Source: Catajapyx aquilonaris (lineage: Eukaryota). From it: DNA of 20,000 nt. Of this stretch, positions 11,965 to 20,000 are shown piece after piece. The first letter of the stretch is position 1. Every line of letters starts with the position of its first letter. The DNA lies in NCBI GenBank assembly GCA_000934665.2, contig KZ538064.1:123049-143048 (forward strand), written 5' to 3'. Both the position numbers and the translations under genes were made by a program. The notes beneath the pieces were generated by a model. That model made no database searches, was not told where the DNA came from, and saw nothing but the letters and a program-made list of their open reading frames with translations.

Positions 11965-13101
11965 GATTTAAAGAGGTATCCAACAGAAACATTTAAACAG
12001 ATGGCAAGGATTTCAATGAGCAAGTTACACTTGTACTTGCCCTTGGGGCTAGTGGCAAACACCTACATGATGATTTAAATAAAGTGAAAAAAGTTGTACA
12101 TGTCACGAAGATGAGATACACTGATGCGATAGCAATACTTCCAAAAGGCACTTTTTCTTCAGATAGTCCCAGCAGCGTTCACAACACACATTTCGGCTTG
12201 CAATATCACATATCACATGTGTAGTAATGTATCCGTACTTACATTCGAAAATGCAACAGATCACAATTCAATATCAGAATTATTTAAAAGCTAAGTCAAT
12301 AGAAACATAACTAATTGGGATCGTCTCCACAATCATATGGAAGATCTTCACCAATCCTTATCACTTGGTAACTGAAAAGAAATACTCAATGGGTTTCACT
12401 AAGAGTCAAAATAACTCTCACAAAAAAAAACTTGCAATGAAGAAAAAGTTTGTAAAAGTTGGCAAAAAAAGGGAATGGCAACTGATAGAATATTCATTGA
12501 CTAAAAGTTCTGTGAGAGTTGAAAAACTGAGGGGAAATCGTTGTTATGCAAGAAACCTGACAGGGGTAAAAATTCAGCACTGCGGCAGGCCTAAAAACCC
12601 ATTCTCTCCTGCTTATCTCTACACAATTGCCTCACCCTGTTCATTTGCTTCAGCCTTGAAACCATGAGCAGGTGGCAGCTCACCTGATAAAACTTAAAAA
12701 GTAAATTGTGAGGAAGTAGATTGAACTCCAACTGCAATCAACTTACAAGTTGAACCAAAAGGCTTATGAAATGCAATCAAGTATCACCTTGGTTCTTCTG
12801 TGCGGATTAATAACAAGTGGTTCTGTCCCACTCTTGATAAAGAAATCCTAATATTGGAGCTATAGTTTGGCACTGCACGTCTGTCAACTTTTTTTCTTGC
12901 TAATAACATGTCAAGTGGAACTTCAATATGAAAACAGGAACATTGGAGGTAGTAGACAAATCCCCCAATAATAGTAATAATAATAATGCGACCTTATCTT
13001 TCTTCTTACATTAAAGCTGCCACCAGATGTCTTTCTCTGTTTTTTTTAAATTCCACTCCAAACAGCCCAGCTTTTGTGTGGGAACATTAATCCACCAATG
13101 T

Positions 13102-13193
13102 TCACCAGGCATCTGACATTTCCGAGTCATCCTCCTGCATGACCTTCACACATGTAATCCCATTTTTAAGGTACGGTGTCCCCTGTCCTTTTC
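13102..13193 (-). CDS. ADISSP: C20orf27/ADISSP homolog, terminal coding exon 3 (not in ORF track)
   Basis: Acceptor ctctctctttttttgttttaag|, phase 1. Encodes (G)KGQGTPYLKNGITCVKVMQEDDSEMSDAW-stop (TGA 13104-13102), matching the family C-terminal GTPxLxxGVxC...DSExSDW motif. Total CDS 13+405+92 = 510 nt = 169 aa plus stop. Confidence 0.9.
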
Positions 13194-14129
13194 CTTAAAA
13201 CAAAAAAAGAGAGAGGAGAATTCTTCATTAGGAAAAGTTGCTCAACTGTATTTAATTACACGGATATTGTGAACTCAACTCTCAATGAAGTGGATGATAA
13301 GCAAGCGTGAACTTTGCAGCACATAATTAATTTCTGGGAGATTTCAATATGCGTGACGCCCTGTGCCGTATTCTCGGGTTTAAATTGATTAAAGTTGGCA
13401 AGTGCTCTTAAAGCAGTAAATGAGCTTGCAAGTTGGACCAAGAGTGTGGCCTCGCCTTTAACATTGTGGTGCAGCAACTCTGGACACCGCTTGAAACTGT
13501 GAGCATTATCTTTAAAGAAACTACCCATACGTATTGAAAGGAATTGAAGAATGCTACGTGAAATTACGCTAGAGGTTTATTAGTAAATGGTCCATATGAA
13601 GGCTGCTAATATCTCATTTATGTTTTCTAAGTCAACCTATGATTCAAACATTTTAAGAAACATCTCTTCAATTTCCCAGGTCTTACATATCTCGGTGCAA
13701 TAAACCTTTTAAAAATGGAAAAATTGTTCGATGTAATAAATTCCCCAAAGCTTTCCTGTCATTGAAAAGGTTAAAAAATCAAATTGGCTGTTTGCACAGA
13801 GCTAGAGCAATCCACCTACACAACGTTAATTCCTGGGAGAGTTGAGTTACTGAATAAATATGGGAGCTTCAAATTTTTATACAGTATACTTTACAAACAT
13901 TACCAGGAGTAATGAAAATCAAATATGAAATATTCAAACAACATTAATCCTTTTGCATAATTTTCCATAGCAATATCTCAAAAAAGATGTTACAACCACT
14001 TTTTAAAAATATATAAACACCTACTCTGCGCTCATTACAGTGTACTAATTCTGACACAACACATTAATTGAGATTACTTCTGCTGATGCACTGACGTACC
14101 ATTTGGAGGGGAAAAAATAAGCATCTTAC

Positions 14130-14534
14130 CTAGCACCCTTGCCTTAAAGATGAACAAGAGATTCCTGCTGGGCTGCCCATGCACTCCCAGCACCAGCCTC
14201 TCCTCCAGCAGCCTGTCTCTGGGAGCCGTGACCTCAACCTTGACCTCCACCATCCCCCTGTCCAGCACCTTGATTCCCATCAATTGAAGGTACAGGTTGG
14301 GAACCATGTTTTCTAAGGGGATGGGAACTTCCCCACCTCCTCCCCCACCCAGGCCATAGTCGTCAAGGGGAAGCTGGAATGTCACATCGTACTTGTTTCC
14401 TGCCTTCAGAAAGCCCAGGTTTACCAGGACCTCGTCAGGAGTCGCTGTTCTCGTGGGAACAACAGTGTGTCCATTGTCAGAACCACACTGGCTCTCCTCA
14501 GGGATGCCAAAGTGGACGCGATGGTGTGATGATT
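14130..14534 (-). CDS. ADISSP: C20orf27/ADISSP (UPF0687) homolog, coding exon 2
   Basis: Acceptor attttttcag| and donor G|GTAAGA; 405 nt. Translation HHRVHF...LVNLGFLKAGNKYDVTFQLP...VPNLYLQL...LLEERLVL...FKARVL parallels remembered human C20orf27 (HVHF...VKVGFLKILHRYEITFTLP...VPSLHLKL...VLKEEILL...VQARVM). Confidence 0.9.
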
Positions 14535-14896
14535 CTGAAAAAATATTAATGCAATCCACTTACAAAACTTGTGACAAAACTCAGCACATGTAATCATGCA
14601 GAAATGATTTCTTCAAATGAACCTGCAAATGCAATGGGTGCTTAGCTATAGTTCTTTAAAAGCATACGCACTGGAAGGATGCCAAGAAGACAACTGAATT
14701 CCTTGTCCCTGCCACGTTCAATTCTCGTTACAATATGGACTACAGCATGCTATGTTGTTTAATTACATTCTGTTATCAATTGCATTGAGTTTTTTTCTAC
14801 ATGGAAGGTCATGAATCTCAAAAACTTCCTCCACCAAGTAAAGAGCTCTTGCCAGAAAAACCTCAGATTCATAATAATTAGTTGCAAAACAAAGGC

Positions 14897-14976
<80 letters not shown>
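14897..14976 (+). repeat. (TAA)n microsatellite, about 26 units
   Basis: Uninterrupted trinucleotide run in C20orf27 intron 1. Confidence 0.99.
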
Positions 14977-15028
14977 GAGTAAAATGGGCATAAATTTTAT
15001 ACGTTTAAAGTTTAAGTAGTGAAGGCTG

Positions 15029-15114
15029 TAATTGAATCGGTCATTTTGAAAAGGGGTCATATCCTCTGGAGATGCGCTGGAGATGACCCCTTTTCCAAAT
15101 GACCGATTCAATTA
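15029..15114. repeat. Near-perfect 86-bp palindrome (probable foldback/MITE remnant)
   Basis: Arms taattgaatcggtcattttgaaaaggggtcatatcc and ggagatgaccccttttccaaatgaccgattcaatta are 36 bp with 2 mismatches, around a 14-nt spacer. TA at both ends. Confidence 0.85.
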
Positions 15115-16698
15115 ATAACCTGTACTCTCTCACAAAAATGTCCAATATCGAGGCACACAATTATTTAGAACGACATTCACTACACGCAGGGTAAATATCG
15201 TAAAGATCAAAAATGAAGAGAGCAAAAATTAACTGCATCAAAAGCTCAGAACTATTTATGGTCACCTCTTCGTCATAGGAACTGCATTTTTCATGCCTGC
15301 GGTGTTGGTGTAATGAAGAGCTAAGGATGTACAAGCTGTCACTTTCATGTTTATAATAGCAAGGTTCAGTATTTTTAAACAGTTCATGACGCGCAAAGAA
15401 TTTATTATGCGATAGCATGCAGAGGAACACAATACTGGTTACGACACAATGAGGGTATGAGGTGGCAGTAAGTGTGGGTATTTTTGCTCATGCTTTGAGA
15501 GGAGTGACCGGAATTCATAATGTGCCACATTATTCAGCTCAATCAAAATGCAGCTGATCACTCATAACATGAATGAAAAAAAATTAAACATGGCAATATT
15601 TTAAAATCACTCTTTTCATTTGATTTGACTCACACATCCACTTGATAGGCTACAACTTGTAACTGCAAACGTATAGCAGCACCACTCTATATACTGAGAC
15701 AGAGTATTGCCTTGTGTGAACATGACAGGCAGCTGTATAACCAAGGTTACAGGCTCAACTTTCAATATCCTACGACCCATGTGTTCATTAATGCACCATG
15801 AAAAAACCATTGACCATGAAAAACACGTTAGTTATGATTAATATATCCTGGTAACGGTCAAAGAAATTGCTGCCTCCTTTTTACTTCTCGAATAGAAAGA
15901 AATTGAAGAAATATAAAAATTAATAATAATAAGTGATTTGGCAGTAAAACTGCAAATTACAAATCTGAGCAATACTGATTACTGGCATAAGGATACCTCA
16001 AAGATATCGTCGCCTTTGATCAAAATATGTCAGGTACTCACTACCCAATATCCAAAAATTTTAGCAGAATTTTCAGCTTTTACACTTTGATTTATACTCT
16101 AAGAGAAACTCCTTAAAAGCCCTTAATCATACCTTGAAAATAAAACAAAACAAAATCTAGCCACATATTAGCCTGATTCCTTTTCAGCTGTATAACATTT
16201 TGTAAAAATGTCTGTGCTTACTACTTGCAGCACAGTGTCTCGTACAATAATGCATCCAGCACTGCAAAAATGTATAGCTTTCACTGTACAAAGGAAGGAA
16301 CCCATTATATTTACGGGCTGTTAATTTTACAGTGCTAAAATAACATGCCTCAGGTAATAGAACGCGCAGTCCATTTACAGTGCAGGAAGCATGTTACTCG
16401 AGACATGATTCATGCAATTACACACCACTCTCATGAACTCAATGATGTGACAAAATTCCAAACTAGTCATCCCCAATTAATTTGACTAATTAAGCTACAA
16501 AGCTCAACTGCACATTTCCTTCTGCACCATTGACGGAGGAGAAAAAAAAAAATCTTGCTAAGGCCATTTCATCCTCAATATTTCCAAATAATGTAACATG
16601 TGACTGATGAACTTTCTTTGAACAGAATATATAACAACATCAGAGGACTTGCAACTATGACAGCTGACATATTTCCCCCTTTCATCTTTGCCTCATTG

Positions 16699-17108
16699 AC
16701 GTTGAACCCCAATGAAATTAGCCACACACGAATGAAAACTGAAGAGCGTAGGTTAGGGGTTTGATGTTTTTTACACAGCAGAATATGTCAGAAAATTTAT
16801 ACACTCCTTGCAGGCATCATAAGCCTTGTTGGATGTTAATGATCCAGTACCTGGTATTAATTGGTGCCGCCTTAATATTAAAACTAAACCAGCCCATGTG
16901 TAGACCCTAAGGGTATCCTCTTTTACACACCTGACTTGATTCAATTCCTCCACTTCCAATGGGCGTTGATTGTGGCAGGAAATAGAACCCCAATAAACTC
17001 ACACAAACATGGGAAAAACACATAAAATAATCTTCCAACTGACTGGGGTCAAACTCGGGACCTCAGCGGTACAAGACTTTGGTGCTAACCACTACACACT
17101 GCGTGGCC
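16699..17108 (-). mobile_element. tRNA-derived SINE (about 410 bp) in C20orf27 intron 1
   Basis: Minus-strand head GGCCACGCAGTGTGTAGTGGTTAGCACC...GAGGTCCCGAGTTTGACCCC has degenerate Pol III A and B boxes at tRNA spacing. Flanked by direct repeats tgcctcattg (16689-16698) and tgcctcaatg (17109-17118), 9/10 identical, consistent with a target-site duplication. Confidence 0.7.
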
Positions 17109-18224
17109 TGCCTCAATGTGGTCATCATTACTGTAAAATTATACAAATGCCCTTAAAGTTATGATGTACAGTATGTCAGTACCTAGTGTTTTCCACTGGC
17201 ATTCAATGAACCCATGAAATATGGATCACTTCCAGGTCATTAAATAACAGACAGCAAATGATCGAGTTATTTTACATTTACTATCACACAATCAGTCCTA
17301 AGAAAGTATATGAACATGCTTCATTCCAATAAGGTAGTAGTTCTCAATGTGTCACTAGACTAGTGGGCCCATAGGGTTCTCCATGTGTGCAAGAAGCTGA
17401 TTAAAAATTCAAATTCTTTGCTCAAATACAAGAGAATGAATATGTGCTACAATAAGAAGGATTAGGGGCCAATGTATAGTCCACAGGATCTTTTCCTACT
17501 TTCTAAGTGGGGCATGAGCCTAAAAAGTACAAAAAAGAAACATTGTACTAAAGCACTGCAGACATACTATGAACTTGTACAAGTTACTAGCATCGTTAGT
17601 TCTTGCAATATTTGAACCACTGACACTTGGAGTAGCTTCAACTTACATCTGTGCATTATGCAATGCATATGGAGTCTCCTCCATGAACTTGGCCCAACCA
17701 CAGCTATGTTAGCACTGTACCAATTATTAAGTACAGAAATAGACATACCAACAAGGTATCAATGCATGGTAGCCAAATACGAAAGAAAGAAAAGAAAACC
17801 CTCTGTCTACGACCCCGGACTATTCTTACGCAACATTTATGCTCAATCAACATTCTTCAATTATGTAGTCGGGAGGTTATGAAATGGCCATGATCAGTAT
17901 TTAGATCAAGTGTGATTTATCAGTCGGCCATAACAAGTGTCATGCGTACATGAATGTTCATATGGCGAAGCAATGTCACCTACTAACGTCAGACAACATT
18001 GTCAAGTCCATATCTACAAATGAGTTCCACATTTTAAAAATTAATTATTATCAACATTCCAACACCATTGCTCCAATTATACTGGTGGAGAAACTGCAGC
18101 CCCACGGTGCTGCACAAGGAGTGTTCCTAAGTTCTGAGCAACCAATTTCCAATCCTAAATCTCACGTGGGTAGTTCGACAACAGCATGATCGAATCCCCA
18201 TTCTTCCCACGTGCAGATACTCAC

Positions 18225-18237
18225 CCCTTGCAGCCAT
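18225..18237 (-). CDS. ADISSP: C20orf27/ADISSP homolog, coding exon 1 (MAAR + 1 nt)
   Basis: Minus strand reads ATG GCT GCA AGG G|GTGAGT: strong donor, phase 1, matching the phase-1 acceptor of exon 2 (G+AA = Glu). MAA start resembles vertebrate C20orf27. Lies next to the BCCIP promoter. Confidence 0.75.
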
Positions 18238-18539
18238 AGCCTCAGAGTGTCGCGTGTCCCCTTCCTTAGATGCCTCCCGGACCAATGCAGCTTTGACAAC
18301 GTGATGAAGGGTCAGCTAGGATGCCTTGACACGAACGGCCTCACCGTAGCGGTGGCCTCGCAATGGCATCATCGCGGACACATCGCGGAAGGAGAGAGAG
18401 CAAAAAAAGTGGGCAGGTGCTGCCACCTGTCCGTCGGGAGGGGGAAAGACGATGGGTTCCCCTTCCCTCCGCTTGAGGGAGGCAGTGTTTCGCGATTGGC
18501 AACACTGCTCTTCTTCGGAGAGAGGATCGAAGGAAAAAG
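18238..18539. promoter_or_regulatory. Putative bidirectional promoter and 5' UTRs between C20orf27 and BCCIP
   Basis: Divergent start codons with about 300 bp between them. GC/CpG-rich compared with flanking introns. CCAAT near 18282, reverse CCAAT (ATTGG) near 18495 and an E2F-like TTTCGCG near 18488. Confidence 0.7.
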
Positions 18540-18668
18540 ATGTCGTCGAGGAAGAAGCGCAACGTGGACGAGGTTAGGCTGCACGGGGAGGACGTGGAGA
18601 CGGACGAGGAGGAGTCGGAAGGGAGCGACCTGCTGGACAACGATGAAGATGGGGAGGAACAGCCGGAG
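18540..18668 (+). CDS. BCCIP: BCCIP/BCP1 homolog, exon 1 (basic N-terminus plus acidic tract)
   Basis: ATG 18540; MSSRKKR...DEEESEGSDLLDNDEDGEEQPE is a typical acidic BCCIP N-terminus. Donor GAG|GTACAG, phase 0. Confidence 0.85.
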
Positions 18669-18746
18669 GTACAGGATATGTGCACGAAAAAGAAGAAGAA
18701 GAAAAAGTGGCGTGGTCGTCACGTGTCTTAATTTCTCGTTTGGCAG

Positions 18747-18902
18747 ATGGTGCAAGTTGACTTTGAGGCCTGCACACCATTGGATTCAGACTTTGATGGG
18801 ATCAAGCGACTCCTCCACCAGCTGTTCCTCAAGGCCCATGTAGATGTGGATGAACTCACCAATCTAATACTGGCACAAAATTATGTCGGAAGCGTGTTGA
18901 AG
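18747..18902 (+). CDS. BCCIP: BCCIP homolog, exon 2
   Basis: Acceptor tttctcgtttggcag|. MVQVDFEACTPLDSDFDGIKRLLHQLFLKAHVDVDELTNLILAQNYVGSVLK matches the conserved BCCIP segment (DxxGIKxLLxQLFLKA...QNxxGSVIK). Donor AAG|GTGACT. Confidence 0.95.
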
Positions 18903-19125
18903 GTGACTGAAGCAACAAAGTGTCGGTGCACATGCATCAAATGCCTTCTTGGCTTGAATTAATTTTGGGCGCTACACTAATAATTCATGACTTCATTAAC
19001 TGCAATTCATCAAAATAATTTGTAACGATGGTCGCATGCAAAGTTGCAACAGTAATGCCAGTGCCATATGTTGTGAGTAGGCCTAATGTAGTTGTCGAAT
19101 AATGACCTGAGGTGTCTTTTTCAAG

Positions 19126-19221
19126 CAATCTGAAGTGCCGGAAGATGACGGGAGTGATGACGGAGGTGACATAAATGAGGTTTTTGGCCTTACTACAGTT
19201 GTCAACATCACCTCAAAACAG
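19126..19221 (+). CDS. BCCIP: BCCIP homolog, exon 3
   Basis: Acceptor tctttttcaag|. QSEVPEDDGSDDGGDINEVFGLTTVVNITSKQ contains the conserved EVFG...N motif. Donor CAG|GTACTG. Confidence 0.9.
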
Positions 19222-19287
19222 GTACTGCACGTCATGGAACCAGACACCCCAACTCTCTGTGATAAACAAAACCTCTGTTTCCACCAG

Positions 19288-19638
19288 GGCATGGAATGCA
19301 TCAAGGACCTGCATACACTTCTGCTGACGCGCTGCGACGCTGACAAGCCAACGCAGTTCCTCAGGCAGTCCATCCAGAACGAGTCCAATGGCGCTCTTGG
19401 ACTCCTGATCAATGAGCGGTTCATCAACATCCCTGCCAATGTGGCTGCCCCTATGTTTGACTCGTTGAGGAAGGAAATCAAGAAGGCCAACCAGAGGAAC
19501 ATGCCCTTCAACTTTGGATACTTTGTGCTTATTGCAAAACTGCATAAAGTTAGTGTGGAGAAGAAAGGCAAGAAGGGGAAGAGCAAGCAAGTGCAGGAAG
19601 TGTATTGGGCCAACCCAGAGGAAGAGGTTATCTTTGAG
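19288..19638 (+). CDS. BCCIP: BCCIP homolog, exon 4 (gene continues beyond the window)
   Basis: Acceptor ctctgtttccaccag|. GMECIKDL...GLLINERFINIPANVAAPMF...YWANPEEEVIFE contains the hallmark ERFIN(I/V)P and N(P/A)EEE motifs. Donor GAG|GTAATT. Confidence 0.95.
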
Positions 19639-19697
19639 GTAATTTTGCATGTCACTGCATCCAGATTTATGCCTGTTTCGTAGTCTATATACACATA

Positions 19698-19857
19698 CAG
19701 TTGAATCCGGATATAACAGACTTTAAGGGACCACGGAAATCAGTCTGCTATAGCCGAATACACAGGCCACATATAGAAGCATGTCAGGACCGGCCTTTCG
19801 AATATGTTATAACCGAAAGTCTGTTATAGCCGAGGGTGTTATATCCGGATGCAACTG
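19698..19857. mobile_element. pogo/Tigger-like (Tc1/mariner superfamily) MITE, 160 bp, in BCCIP intron 4
   Basis: TA|cagttgaatccggatataaca ... tgttatatccggatgcaactg|TA: 21-bp TIRs with 1 mismatch, CAGT termini and TA TSD. A second internal inverted repeat tataacagacttt / aaagtctgttata is present. Confidence 0.85.
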
Positions 19858-20000
19858 TAGTAAACATTCAAAATTGTATGAACTGGAGAAAACATTGAGC
19901 CAAAAGGTACTTGCTCTGATCTGAAAATATTGGGACACCCCCAAAAAATGGAGTGGTGGGGTTATACACAGGATGTGATAAAAAGTTTCCATTAAGATTA

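Noticed and set aside
11726..11971. Protein-looking ORFs on both strands
   Set aside because: No recognisable domain and no convincing splice sites; likely 3' flank of C20orf27. A BLASTX hit would change this.
12067..12126. Box C (ATGATGA) and box D (CTGA) pair suggesting a C/D snoRNA
   Set aside because: Only about 60 nt, minimal terminal stem, no recognisable rRNA guide, and not in a sense-strand intron.
17040..17108. tRNA gene
   Set aside because: Degenerate B box and no proper acceptor stem; better explained as a SINE head.
18211..19694. Long alternate-frame and antisense ORFs over BCCIP (e.g. 18211-18843 plus, 19083-19694 minus)
   Set aside because: Explained by codon bias of the real BCCIP exons and the GC-rich promoter; no family motifs.
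1..20000. Prokaryotic-type systems (CRISPR array, operon, defence island)
   Set aside because: The sequence is eukaryotic with spliceosomal introns; no regularly spaced repeats or dense ORF arrays.

Overview
Eukaryotic (intron-containing, invertebrate-like, probably arthropod) genomic window with parts of three protein-coding genes. (1) The last coding exon (4561-4916, +) of a biogenic-amine class A GPCR whose TM7 most resembles alpha-1 adrenergic receptors; its upstream exons lie outside the window. (2) A complete three-exon C20orf27/ADISSP (UPF0687) homolog on the minus strand (18237-13102, 169 aa). (3) The first four exons of a BCCIP/BCP1 homolog on the plus strand (from 18540, running off the end), head-to-head with C20orf27 across about 300 bp. 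Non-coding features are a TSD-flanked tRNA-derived SINE, a TA-flanked pogo/Tigger-like MITE, a near-perfect 86-bp palindrome, microsatellites, and an intergenic 75-nt imperfect hairpin with pre-miRNA geometry (9512-9586), which is the best candidate for something undescribed. I see no evidence for a novel multi-gene system, and most ORFs in the six-frame track are spurious. All homology calls are from memory of the protein families, not from database searches.
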